NCBI RefSeq assembly: GCF_036321535.1
Contig: NC_087472.1
Span: 101,558,001-101,622,000 of the forward strand
Length of the DNA stretch: 64,000 nucleotides
DNA from: Camelus dromedarius
Taxonomy: Eukaryota
Direction: 5' to 3'
Position 1 is the first letter of the stretch. Each line of letters begins with the position of its first letter. Below are positions 35,496 through 48,929 of this stretch, one piece after another. Under the pieces are notes generated by a model. That model was given only the letters and a program-made list of their open reading frames with translations, was not told the origin of the DNA and did no database searches. A program made the position numbers and the translations under genes.

Positions 35496-37451
35496 CTATC
35501 ATGGTTTATACTTAAGCACACACAAGGAATTTCAGAGTTTAGTTAAGAAAAATGAGGTCAGAAATAAACTTTCAGGTGAAAGGAAGAATTCCTAGAAATA
35601 GTAAGTACAGCTAATTAAAAGTCATAATTTCAGTAGTCAAGCGACACAAAAGGAAAAAAATAGGCTAAATAAACATGCTTTTCAGATCAAAGGTAATTAA
35701 GAGGAGAGTCAAGGTAGCCAGAAATCCCCAGACTTCAAACTGAAGATGTGAGTCTCTAATCCAGTGAGAGGTAGATTGACTTTCTGGATATCTCTCTCGC
35801 CATAAATTCTTCCTGAAAGTCTTGCAAGCTCTCGGTGACTAGGATCAAAGGGAGAAGATGATTTAGATGCCTATGAACAGGTTTGGAAAACTGGCCCGAA
35901 AGCCTGGAGTCAGGAGACATTCCAGAACACATCACCTGAAGGACAAGCCGACCTAGTCTGAGAGGCCAGATTCAAATACAAGGAGTTAATTTTACTGCGG
36001 GATGATGGCCTTTGTGAATGACATTTTAGAAGCACAGTTTCATTAACACTGCACGTGTAAAAGCGAAAGTGGAGAATCTCCTTTCGCCAACAGCAGTGGA
36101 AAATACAGATGCTGTTACTGGGGGAAAAGAGTCAAGTGGGTTTCTTTCTCAAATTTGGAAGAGTAAAACAGTCCTAGTTTATTTTCTTTCAGCTTTGCAG
36201 TGTGAAGCTTTTCTTCCAGCTGTGTAGTTAGAGACCTTGACTTCCATGTGATGTTGGAAAATTCTCCATCCAAACCCTTGAGAGATATTAATACTGTCTG
36301 ACTTTTATTTCAGGGTTGGGCTTCTGGCCCAGATTTTTAAAAAGGCTCCATCCCAATTTTGATTTCAGGGTTGGGTTTCTAAACTAGATTATTAGAAGAC
36401 TCAGTTTTCATTACTGAACCTAGTTTTCTTTCTTTCCACGATTTGTAGGAAGGTGGCTGTTTGTATAAAATAAACATTTCCTCCTCTTATTCTAGTTAGG
36501 TTTTAAAAATATTCTGTCCTAAAATCGAGATTATTTTAAAAAAATGCTCATCCTCACATTTGGAAGCATCATGCCCTGTTGACTCAGAGGATTTCACATA
36601 TTGTCAAATGAACTGTTCTCAAATCCCCTTAAAGAGAAGACTGCAGAGACACTTGTTTTAAACTAACCACCAGCGTTTCCTTACCTTGTCAGAGGTGTCT
36701 GCAGAGTCCCTCAACACACCCAGCAGGATATTATCCACCCCCCCTTGACAAAAATGTGTTCGCCATGAACGTTTTTAGTAAAACATTGCAGCCTTCTCTC
36801 TCTCCAGCTTTTGTGCAGATTCCCAGCAAAGCGAATAGCTCAAATAAAGTTGGGGCACAAAAGACTTTGTTTCCTAGGTAACTTCCAAAAAGGAAAAAAG
36901 TTTAGTGTGTGCAGAAGAGATGAGAGAGCAGGAGCTGGAGAGACCCCCCTATCCCAGGCCACATGTTGTAGGCGATTCCTTCCTTCAATAACAGTGAACC
37001 GGGAAACAAAGAAAGAATAGTGACCTGACTACAGGCTCTGACCGCAGCCAAAAGCACTTTTTATTTAATGGTGACAGGGACAATTGGCTGCCAGAGAATC
37101 CTTTTGTCCTGTTCTCTTTTGATTTGAGAAGCTGAGCCTTTACAATTCTGATAAATATAGGGCAAGTTGAAATTTCTTTCCTCTGAAGCACAAAGTCCAG
37201 GAATGGAGTTAGGTGATGCCTCGAACAGCCTAAACTGTACCTTAGCGGGGGTGGGGTGGGGTGTAAATGGGAAAAAAGCCAATGACATGAGTGTCTACAT
37301 TATGTTTTATTTAATTCAAGTTAGGAAGATACCACTCTTTAAATTGATTTTAAGGAATACCTGTTAGTTAGAAGCAACAGTCTGCCATAAAGTTCAAAGA
37401 GAGAAGAAAGGGAAAGTGTCTTGAGAGAGCGGAATAGGCTGTGACCAGTAC

Positions 37452-37514
37452 CTTTCTACTCCATGGGGTCATGTGGCAACATTCAGTGGGGGAGGGCGAA
37501 CGGGTGCTGTTAAA
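37452..37514 (-). CDS. NHS: NHS alternative 63-nt coding exon (exon 3a), FNSTRSPSPTECCHMTPWSRK
   Basis: tcatag|TTT...AAG|gtactg, phase 0/0; the peptide matches the NHS long-isoform insert as I recall it. Confidence 0.93.
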
Positions 37515-37679
37515 CTATGAACATGAAATGCAAAAAAAAAAAAAAAAAAAAAAAAAAAATTAAAAACATGCACACAACACGTAGTATAACCTGGTTAAGC
37601 CAAATCTATGGTATTAATGAATGAATATCCTGGAATAACTAACGCCCGCCCTTCCTTCCGAACGCGTCTTTGTTTTATG

Positions 37680-37900
37680 AGAAGTGGCATAAATAGTGGA
37701 TAAGAGCGCAGTCTCCGGAGCTAGACTGAGTGCCAGGCCTGACTGCCAGTTATTTGCTGTGTACCCAGGGGCTCCAAGGTCCGTTTTCTCATCAGTAAAA
37801 TAGGAAAATAATAGTATTTACCTTCCAGGGCCATTGTGAGGATTAAATGAGTAAATATACATAATAGGCTTAGAAGAATCCTGGCACTTAATAACGTTAG
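37680..37900. mobile_element. MIR SINE
   Basis: ttctcatcagtaaaataggaaaataatagta...ttgtgaggattaaatgag. Confidence 0.7.
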
Positions 37901-38164
37901 TGTGACCTGCCGCCGCTGCTGTTGCTACTGTCACCCTTACCTGGTAGCTGCGAAATATCTGTGAAGTTGTCTTCGTAAATTGTAACTTTCTATTTTTTAG
38001 ATCCCAGTCCCATTTGGTAATTTGGGAGAGACAATTATTTTCTTTCCTTAGAGTGAGTTTATTTTCTTGTGAACCACTTGGAAGAAAATTTCTTGTGTAT
38101 AATTTCCTCCTCTGGACTGCCCAAAATTTTCCTCTTCCTCATGTTCATAGGCTATGTTTGAAGA

Positions 38165-38325
38165 CAGGTTTCATGGGTGTGTGACCTGTGCAGTCACACA
38201 GGGCCCCACACTCAGAAGGACTCCTTAGTTTAATGCTTTCACTGTCTTGAAATTCTTAGTTTTTGAGTACGGGGTCCTGCATTTTCACTTTGCACTGGGC
38301 CCCACAAATCATGTAACAAACCCTG
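38165..38325 (+). mobile_element. MER45A-like hAT (Tip100) MITE
   Basis: CAGG...CCTG termini, tgtgacctgtgcagtcacacagggcccc core; 8-bp TSD tttgaaga (38157-38164) / tttggaga (38326-38333). Confidence 0.85.
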
Positions 38326-41300
38326 TTTGGAGAATAACCTAGTAACCAGAATCCTCTTTTCAGGATCTACTGAGAAGGACAGTGAAACTCTTAAACTTGA
38401 AACCACTTTCAGCTTTGGATTCAGTTAGCTCTCTATTACAGCACTTTCCACATATAGCATTGCTATACTGTAACATGAATTATCCCTGGATGTGGCTTTT
38501 TATCTATTAGGTTATGAATTCCTAGGGATCAGGGGCCACATTTAATTTTCTTTTCAGTCTTCCATGATGCTCGCAAAATGCCTCCTCATTGGAAGAGCTC
38601 AACAAATTATTTGTGCACTTGAATGATACCAGCTCTGTATGTTTTTAGCAGTGATGGGAAACCCAAATAAATTAAGGGTCGTGCTCAGGCTCTCAGGAGG
38701 AGACACCACAGAATCCAAGAGTACTTACCGTCTTAGTGCGAATAGGCGAAAACAAGTAGGGGAAACCACAGGCAGTGCCTGGTTCCATCAGGAGCTCAGT
38801 ATTGATGTATGCAGTTCTAGTTATTCTTAAGCCTGTGGCACACATGTATTTCAGGGCAGTGGTGAGGAAGACTCAAGGTCTAATTCTGTTTTAAGTTTCT
38901 AAATTTTCACTGACAGGGTTGCTCATTAATTTTTAAGCAAGGCAAATGTCATCTCCTTAGGCCCAGTTAACTTTGATCTAGATCTTACTGAAGACATATG
39001 ATTTTGTAGGCTCCCCCATTGAAAGCAATCATTTTGACAGATGTGGTATATGTGGCCTGAGTTCAGAGAATACCTTGGCTCTGTCATAGGACTCAGTCAT
39101 AGATGCTGATATGCAGGTCTCTCAAATAAGACTGCAGTATGCAAAATAGAGAACTCAGGGAAGTAGGAAAAAGGGAACCTGAACGCAAAGCCTACATGGC
39201 AAACGAACCTGTTTCCAAGAAACCAGAGGTGTCTCAAAAAAATTACACAGCAGGAAACTGCAAGGCAGAAAACATTAGTGATATTAATATCAATATATTA
39301 ATTTTGGTAGTTTGTCTTAAATCTCCTTAGTCAGCTTTCCTGTTGAGTACTTTTTCCGGGAGTGAGGGGTGAGTGGTTTTCCTCATCTGTATGAGAAACG
39401 CCCCCATCCCATAAACAAGCATGAGGTAACACCTGGGAATGACTAAGGCTGGCAAGTCCAGAGAGAGCGCAGACCATTTGGTTTGGTCACCCACCATCAT
39501 TAAGTCAAGGTCTCTGTGGGTTACACTCCACAGAAGATTCCCTCTCAGCTAGTTGATTTACAATATTATGTCAGTTCCCAGTGTACAACCCACTCTTTTG
39601 ATAGTGGCGCCGACCTCCAGCTTGTGAGAGCTGAACCTAGGCACTCCTGAGCTTGTGTGTGGAAGGATTGTGTCCTTTGGTTCCACCACCTAGAAACAAG
39701 CACTCGGGCCCCTGCAGATGGTCTGTCGATGTAGAGGATTTAAGTTTATAATATGCAGATGGGCTATGGTTTTATTCCTGCCATGAATTAGTAACTGCCT
39801 TAGTGTAGTGTTTTAAAGCATCTTCTTTCCTGGATATTTGGTCAAAGGGAAAAAAATCGTTTTGAATATTTCTGATTAGACTTTTATATGGTGAATAAAA
39901 TAATCAGGTCATACCATTTTCCCCCTAAATTATCTGAGAAATAAAACTGCAAGAGAACTGCTACCTCGGGGCATCTCTGCATGGCCCAGCATGCCATTCC
40001 TTAATGTGCAGATGGATAAGGTTAGGAAAAGCTGCGTACTGATCAAACTTGTATGAACAGAATTATTCTTTAAAGGCTCTATTTAAATTAATCTTTTTGC
40101 TTATTCAGAGTAAGACTTGTAAGGGCAGGAACCCATTTCTTGTTCACAATATCCCTACTGCCTCAGTAATGCTCAGTCAATATTTGTTGTACTGCTAACA
40201 CCGCCACGTGCCTGGCATAAGCAAACAAAAATCCTCTCTAAAGAAACAGTGTCAAATTATTTCTACATATAATTGTTTAGTATAACATCCAGCACAGAGT
40301 TAAAGATAATAAGGCAAGGAGGAGACAAGTCAGCATGAGCAGGAAGCATCCCAAACAGCAGATGCTAGAAGCAGACCCCTAGGGAATCCTGCCATTGGAA
40401 TTATTGCACCTGCAGGAGTAACAGTGATCAGCCTTAGCTTCCCCAGAATAAGAGTGTGGGAAGATTGTTAGACCACTCATTCATTCATTCAGGAGCATTT
40501 CTTTGATGAGGGTCAAAATCAGCCCCAGTATAAACAAGCTCTCAGATTAAAAAGAATATCTCCTTCATGAGTATATGCATGTTCACTGTTCGATTCTTTT
40601 GACTTTTCTGTACTTTTCATGAAATTTTTCATTAACAAAACACTGAAGGAAAGTGCAGAAAAATTTCTCCTTCCTTTTCCAGGCTTCCATTCTGGCCCTC
40701 CCACTGGTTTTGAGAGGCCTCAGACTCCAAGTTGCACCATTTTAGAATCAGCCACCACCAGTCATCTGGTCCCTGACAAAAGATGCTTCTTTGATGCTTT
40801 CACAGAATTTTTGTCCTTGCTGGCCCCATCAATTATATACATACTCTCAAACACTTTCCCTAACTTCCTATGGAACTGCTTCAACAAAAGCTGGAGTTAG
40901 AACGAGTGTTCAGAATAAGAAATAACAGACATTATACTCAGAAGCAAAGAAATTTCTTTGGTGAATAATGAAAGAATATTTTCCAAATGCCAATTTTTCT
41001 TGTGATGTGTATGTGAGAAAAGTTCATGTCTCCACTTTTGTGGCTATGTACAAGTATTTGTCCAAAGATCTCAAACTTTCTCCAATCTTTCTCTTACTGC
41101 CCAAAGAAAAACAAATAATCCCTCCACAGTTTACTTGCTTTTCGGCTTTCTTTTATATGCTGACGGGGGCTTATTTTGCTTCAAAACTTTCCAAAAGACA
41201 TCTGTTAAAATGTTGTGGGTATTCCAGCAGGAAATGTTTTGAAAAATTGGCTCTGGTTTATGATCTAACCGATACCGCATGGCATTCACAGCAGTCCACT

Positions 41301-42584
41301 TTCAGAGCTGATTTATTACTGTCATGCTGTCTTAAACATGAGAAATGTTTACTAGAGAGTAGATGTTGTGGCACATTTGAATACAGGAATAAAACCTTAC
41401 AGCGAAGATGTCCATTGCGAGCCATGCTGGGTACCTAGTGAGGTGATCTGAGATCTTACTCCCATTCTGTCCTGGGGCCCGTTTGTCCTTAGACCAAGTC
41501 CTTGCATTTCTGCACATATTATGGCCTATCTGAGATTGAGGGGAACTTGTCTGCCTCAGTTTTTCTTTACTGGAGCGTGTGTACATGTTGTACATAAATA
41601 TGAAGTGCTTTGAGCTTTGTGGAAGGCTTAAAGGAGTTTGGCAATACCTTCTTCACACATCACTCTTGCTGCTGCAATTACAGTGCACTGTTACTCCCTG
41701 AGACTGTCCCAGTCTCCTGCTGGCTGGCACTGCGCTCCTACCTTCCGGACATGTTTAATAGCATCGTTTTAAACTCATACTTGTGCTTCTCCCTTTCCTC
41801 TCTTCTCCCCTACAACCTTTACCAAAGTGAACAGCCGTGGGAAAACAAAATGGTGAGGTCAGAGTTCAGGATACATGCTAGGCTTTCCCTGTCCGAAGCC
41901 TTTCTTCCCTTTCCTGGTTTCTCCTTTGTCACTGCACTCTCCCCGGCAGCCAAGGCCTTCATATTTCCACAGAGGGCCTGAAGTCAGCACCCCAAGTGCC
42001 CCAGCCCTTCACACCACACTCCCAGCCACGGATGCCTCACGTCAATGTGCTGTGAACTCCTGGTGATACACCCAAAGGAGTAAGTCTCTGCAGCAGAATT
42101 CTGGACAGTGGTTGCAGCCTAGATATTTGGAAACAGGTGCCCACTGAGATCTTCCTCTTTTAACCACTTCATGCATTGATACCTGTTTAAAACACTAAAA
42201 TGCCTGAACATTCAGGACTGGGAAAAATGGCCTTATCATTATTGGTATGTCTGGTTTTCCAAATCATACCTTCATTTCTCTTCCCTGACAGATATTGCCA
42301 CCACCGCTTCCTCAATATTCCTGAGAAGCACTTTGCAAAAGAAAATATACAAAAGGCCAATATGCATATGTAAAGGCACTCAACATCATTTCTCATCAGG
42401 AAAATCCACATGAAAACCACAGTGATATACTACTGTATATGAGAGGGGCTGAAATTAAAGAGAGTAATAATACCAGGTGTTGGCAAAGATGTAAAGCAAC
42501 TAGAACTCTCATAAATTGCTGGGGGGAGAATATTCAGTGGTGTAGCCACTTCAGAGATTGGCAGTGTCTGATAAACATATGTCT

Positions 42585-43368
42585 ACTTTTTCTTAAAATT
42601 AATTTTAAAACTTTTTTTAATATAAGTATAGTTGATTTACAATATTGTATTAGTTTCAGGTATACAGCAAAGTGATTCAGTTATATATATACACATATAT
42701 TCTTTTTTAGATTCTTTTCAATTTTAGGTTATTACAAGATACTGACTATAGTCCTGTGGTATGCAGTAAATCCTTGTTGTTTATCTATTTCATATTTAGT
42801 GGTGTATATCTGCTAATCCCATACTCCTAATTTATCCCACCCTCACTGTTTTCCCCTTTGGTAACCCTGAGTCTGTTTTCTTTGTGAGTCTGCTTCTGTT
42901 TTGTAAATAAGTTCATTTGTGTCATATTTTAGATTACACATGTAAGTGTCATCACATGATATTTGTCTTTCTCTGCCTCACTTACTTCACTTACTATGAT
43001 AATCTCTAGGTCCATCCATGTTACTGCACACAGTGGGATATCTATGTATGTGTGTGTACACACACACATATATACACCACATTTTCTTTATCCGTTCATC
43101 TGTCAGTAGACATTTAGGTTGCTTCCATGTCTTGCTTATGTAAAGAGTGCTGCTATGAACATTGAGGTGCATGTTATCTTTTTGAATTAGAGTTTCCTCC
43201 AGATATATGCCCAGGAGTGGGATTGTTGAATCATATGCCAACTCTATTTTTAGTTTTTTAAGGAAACTCCATACTGTTTTCCATAATGGCTGCACCAGTT
43301 TACATCCTACCAACAGTGTGTAGGAGGGTTCCCTTTTTTCCACACTCTCCAGCATTTATTACTTGTAG
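42585..43368 (-). mobile_element. 5'-truncated L1 nested in an older + strand L1 fragment (~42330-43700)
   Basis: ORF 42987..43355 is L1 ORF2 C-terminus-like; 11-bp TSD aacatatgtct at 42574-42584 and 43369-43379. Confidence 0.88.
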
Positions 43369-44629
43369 AACATATGTCTGCTTTAATTCTCTCTTAGGTA
43401 TTTGGAGATAAGAAACATAAGTATGTCCACAAAAAACCTTTTACAAAAATATTTATAGCAGCTTTATTCATAAAAGCCTTCCCCCTGCCAAAAAAAAAAA
43501 ACAAACCTATAACTAGAAACTCAAATATCCACCAAGAGCAGAATGGATAAACAAGTTGTGGACTACTGTATTCATACCATGGAATAGTACACAGTAATAA
43601 ACAAGAACATGCTACTGATACATGCAACATCGACCTCAGAAAAACCATATGGAGCGATAGAAGCCAGACACAAAGGAGTACCCTGCTCATTCACTTTTAA
43701 ATCCTGTTGATAGATTGATGGACGTTTTGTGTATGAGATCAGCCCCTAGTGAGCAGAGCTTGGACAGCAATGGCAATGGTGCAGTTTTCACCCTAAGAGA
43801 GGCTTTCTGAAAAAGTGTGGAGCCATGGAGAATTTCCGTCCTTTTGATCTCAGCTGCAACTGAACAAAAATTCTTAGGGTGATAAAATGCAGAATGATTT
43901 TATGTATTTCCAAGTTCAGCAACACTTTGTTTAATGGCATTCTATTAATGAAGCAATTTAAATGTGCAGAGCATAGCAGAATTATATTTTGAAGCATGCG
44001 TGGAAAGTCATCTACACGTGAATGGAAAAGAAGGCCCCAGGGAAGCCGGGAGGGAGAACACTTCCACCGCCACTCCGTTGTCTATTCGCAGGAGTTGCTC
44101 TGGACTGTCAAGAAGAGCACAGAACAAGGCTCACTGGACCATGATCCCTGTGATGTTGCTTGCTACCAGTGAGCATCTTATTTATCCCCTATGGCCAGCC
44201 TTGCCAAGTAGAGGGGTCATTGCCAAGGGCCACTCAGCGTCAGTCCTCAAAGGTTGCTAGCATCACATAAAAGACAGGGGCAGGGAAGAAGCAGGCTGGG
44301 CTTTGAAGTGCAGGGAAGAAGGAGGCTTTGAACTGCTGTAGCCAGCACAGATACCTTCACCCAAATCCCAGGAGCTGGCAGCGTGCGTCCCAGAACAGCC
44401 CAGACCCGCATGGGAGGTTCCTCCTCACCCTCCGGGCCTTCCCTCAGCTGGGGGCTCAGAGGCGCACGATAAGTGAAGAGCTGTTGCACGTTTGGTCCCA
44501 GGCAAGTGACACTTCTCCCTTGTAACTCAGGCCAGATGTGGCAAAAGCTTGGTAAGGTCATACTGGACCTCAGCACAGCAGATTTTTTTTTCTAGTAATG
44601 ATGTGTTTTATATAATTCATATATATATG

Positions 44630-45055
44630 TATATATTTTAAATAGACTTTATTCTTTTAGAGCAGTTTCAGGTTCACAACAGAATTAAGCAGAAAATACA
44701 GAGTTCCCACATAGCCCTTACCACCCACACATATATACTCCCCTGTTGTCAACATCCCTCATCAGTGTGGCATATTTGGTACAGTTGATGAACCAACATG
44801 GACACATTATTATCAACCAAAGTCCATAGTTTACATTAGGGCTCACTCTCAATGTTGTATATTCTATGGGCTTTGACAAATGCATAATGAGAAGTAGCCA
44901 CCACTATAGTATCATACAGAATAATTTCATTGCCCTAAAAAATCCCTTGTGCCCCATCTATTCATTCCTCCCTCCCCCCCCCCCCCAAACCCCTGGAAAC
45001 CACGATCTTTTTATTGTTTCTGCAGCTCTGCCTTTTCCAGAATGTCATTTGGTTG
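44630..45055 (-). mobile_element. Old L1 (L1MB/MC-type) 3' end fragment
   Basis: agcagtttcaggttcacaac...aagtccatagtttacattagggctcactc; flanked by a 33-bp direct repeat. Confidence 0.75.
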
Positions 45056-48000
45056 GGTCATACTTGACCTCAGCACAGCAGATTTTTTAAAAATAAAAAA
45101 AGGCAAAACCTTCCTGTACATAAGCCATGCACATTCCTTCTTTACTTTTCCTGTCTTTTTTTCCTTTTTTTAATTGACTCTTTTTCGGGGAAGAGGGGGT
45201 ATATAATAGCTCCATGAACGTTAACACATGCAGAGACTCATGTCACCCTACCACAATCAGGATTCAGAGCGTTTCCATTGTCCCAAAAAAGTCCCGTGTG
45301 CTATCCCTGTATCATCACCATCTCCCCCGACTCCTAGCCCCTGGCAACCACTCATCTGGTCTCCACTGCTGTGGTCTTGTCTTTTTGAAAATGCCAGATG
45401 CAGTTGTACCTTTTGAGACTGGCTTCTTTCACTCAGCATAACTCCTTTGAGATCCAAGTTGTTGTGTGTATCAGTAATTCTTTCCTTTTTATTGTCAGTA
45501 CTATTCCATTGTCTGCTTACACTTTGAACAATGAAATGTCTCAGGTATGCAAGAGAATGTCAACCTGAGAATATTCTGTAATGATGTGTACAGACAGGTA
45601 ACTTTATTGGCTCTTCCACAGCCAGGATGATGTTTGGAGAAGAAAGAATTCCAAAACTAAAATCTGCAACAGAGAATTTTATTTCTCACAATATTTAATA
45701 TAAACCAGACTCACTGGCTAATGTTTTCATTAGCTATTGTGCTGGCTATTAAGCTGTTGTCTGTCAGCTCCAAATAGATTTCTTCCCTACTCTGTTATTG
45801 CCTGGACTCTGCACACAACATTTCTTCCTCGCCAGCTGCTCCCTCTTAGGTTCTGTCCTAGGAATGTCAGCTGCTTGCTGCACTCACTAGCTCCGTGTCA
45901 CCTAGTTTCCCATTTTCCATGTCAGTCTTACAATACCTTCCCCATATTGAATCCTCTCTATTAAAATAACTGCTGTGGTTACTATTCTCCTTACTGGACC
46001 TTGATTGATAAAAGTAGGTGGTACCCGGCTTTTGCCCCTGACTTGCTTGTGTCTGAGGCATCTGAAGTGCTTGCTACTTCCGGTTCCTCAGTCCAGTGAG
46101 GAAAATACGAATAAGTGTGATGTCCTGTAGGATGTCAAGATGATAACGATCTCTGCAGCTTATGGCAGAGAGCAGGAGAGCTGATGTAGTCTCAAAAGCA
46201 AACTGCTTCTGATGACCCTTGAAAGTGGGTATAAAGGAAAAAAGTATCTGCTGAGGTCAATAGCTGTATCATTCCACACACTAGGTGTTGTGCTGATTTG
46301 TTCCAAGAAAAATACCATATTGGAACAGCAGCTACAAAGTCACAAGCTACATACAGCCAGTCCCCCAGATCTGTCTTCCTGCTGCAAAGGCCAGACATGT
46401 GAGTTAAATGGAGAGTGCGCTAGGCATCACCACTCCTGCAATCTTACGTCTGAAACTGCTGTCAGGCTTTTCTCTCCGTAGCATACCATGCAGGAACCTC
46501 TAGAAATGGAGGAAATTAATCCTATACACACAGGGCCTCGTATCTTCATAAGGCACCACTCTTTCTGATCATGTTATTTCTGTGCTCAAAACCCTTCAGT
46601 AATTTCCTACGCCTGTGGAATAAATTTCGACTTTTTAGTCTGACATTCAAGATCCTTCAAGATCTGGTCTACTGAAGAAGCACTGCAAGCAAACCAGACT
46701 ATTCGGCTTCATGTATATGCACTCCACTTTCTCCTGCCTCTGTGTGCTTGTTTTCATGGTTTCCTTAGCCTGTGATCCTTTTCAGATTTTTACTACCCCA
46801 TCCTTCAAGGTCTTAAATGCTACCTTTACCAGGAAGTTTTAATTCCTACACCCGACCCCAATCTAACACCCCACACCAGTTAGGTATTAATACCTTAGAT
46901 TCAGTAGCATATAATTTCTTTTAGTAATCATGTACTCTAGATGGCGGAGATTATGTCTCATTCATTTTTGTATTCCTCTAGGTGCTCGGTTAATTTTTTT
47001 CAAAATCAAGGAATAGGGGAGAGGGCATTCTAAGTGGAGATGATGTTTTGCGAGTGCAGGATATTTTCTAGAGACACACATGGAGTTTGGTTTGGCTGAG
47101 GTTTAGGATCTGTGCAAAGGATTTGTGGGAAATCCATCTGCAAAGGTAAGTTAGGACCAGATTGTACAGAGGCTGGAGAGTTGGACTAAGGATTTTAAAT
47201 TATTTCTTTAGGCAAAATGGAGGAATTACAGGTTTAGGATTAGGAAAGAATTTGTATGTCAAAGATTCTCATACCAAAGTTAGAATTTTTCTTAACTGGT
47301 TTAAAGGAGCAAACAGATGAGATAAGGGGAAATACCTAAGCTGAAGCAAGAAAGACTTAATTTGGATGGACAGAACCACTTTAAGACAGGTCATAAAACA
47401 ACAAAATATTTCTCAGAGAGCTTGCAAAACCATTAAGGTATTTCATAAAAGCAAAACGAGACCTGTCTGGGACACTGTGGTATGTGTAACTCTTTTATAG
47501 CAAAGGAGAGGCTTGGTCAGCATTTCTTAGTCCCAACTCGTATAAACCAGCAGAATATTGGAAATCTCTAATGTGGACCCACGAAGAATGGGAAGGAGGG
47601 AAGAACCTGGGTAAGAGAAGACGGAGCAGGGGATGGGAGAGTGAGGCAATGAGAAGGAAGGTTTGTATCCCGGAGCAGGTAGATGCTGTTGACATCCCCT
47701 TCCTGCCATCTCTAGTCTTTCATCTTCTCTCTGGCTCAGAACTCCATTCTCAGCCTTCTAACTCTTCTGTAAGCTAGTTTAGTTGTTCTCAGAACCTGCC
47801 TTCTGATAAGACCTATTTTTTTTTTCTTCTTGATAGAAAATGGAAGAGTAAACATGGTCCTTGTTTATAGCTCTGGACTATGACCAAGGAGGTCTGGGTC
47901 CTAGTTTGAGTGATTTACTTCCCAATAAGGCTGTTGGAATGACCCCTGACCTTCAAAGGCACCCCCTTAGTAAGAAGAAAAGTATGGTTTGACAGATTTT

Positions 48001-48929
48001 TATTGTAAAATCCCTGGATGCCAGTGTGGTAAGTTAGAAAACTATCAGGCTATGAAATGACAAACCATCTCTGATAGTCTTTCTTGGTTCATTTTATCAA
48101 GTCTGACAAAGAATATTACCATGAACACAATTGGAATAAGTTAACGATCAACCTTGGTGATAAGGATTTAGGCCTCAGTATTTCTCTGGAACCTGATCAA
48201 CATTCGCCATCAGGCTCCATCTTGTGTCGAGTATCTTTATCCAGTACCACAGAGACCATTAGACATCCTTCCTATCCCCAGATCACTGATGAGGGACACT
48301 TGGTAGACTGCTGGAGCCTCTTACCACATTTGAGGAAGGATGACTTCCATGCCTGTCGATCTGGACATCAGAATCTAAGCAAGGACTTAGATTTCAAGAG
48401 TCCCCATAGGCTGAATGAAGCAATAGATGTTTCAGTGCAAGTGCTGACTCTGATCAGTAGGGCTCTGTGGGCTACGTGAGAAAAATGCTGTGGTCTATTG
48501 GGAATGCCTGCCTTAGGCTTGCACAGGGGAAGAACAGGTGAATAGCCCAAGTATTTGCCGATCTGAGCCTGGACCAAGGGGCCTAACTGATGAGGACAGA
48601 TGAGCTGGACATTCCATTCAGCAGGGGATCAGGGGAAACTGCTACGACAAACTAACTCCACACTCTGAAATGGGAACTATACCACGATGGTACAGTAGGG
48701 GCCGAAGTGTCATGTGCCATGGAAACTTCTAATCATCTGAGATTAGATTCTCTGTGGTCTTCTAAATTCTGTTATTTAAAGAAATTCTGAACTAAGCCTT
48801 TCCTGGCTGAACTTACCTTCTCCTGATGCCATATATCTATCATAGGCATTGGGATGTAAGCCCCAACTGTGAAATAGCCATGGCTAAGACTATACATGTA
48901 TTTTTATATATATATACATATGCACATAT

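Noticed and set aside
40968..41438. 156-aa ORF antisense to NHS
   Set aside because: No recognisable motif, and composition typical of non-coding AT-rich DNA
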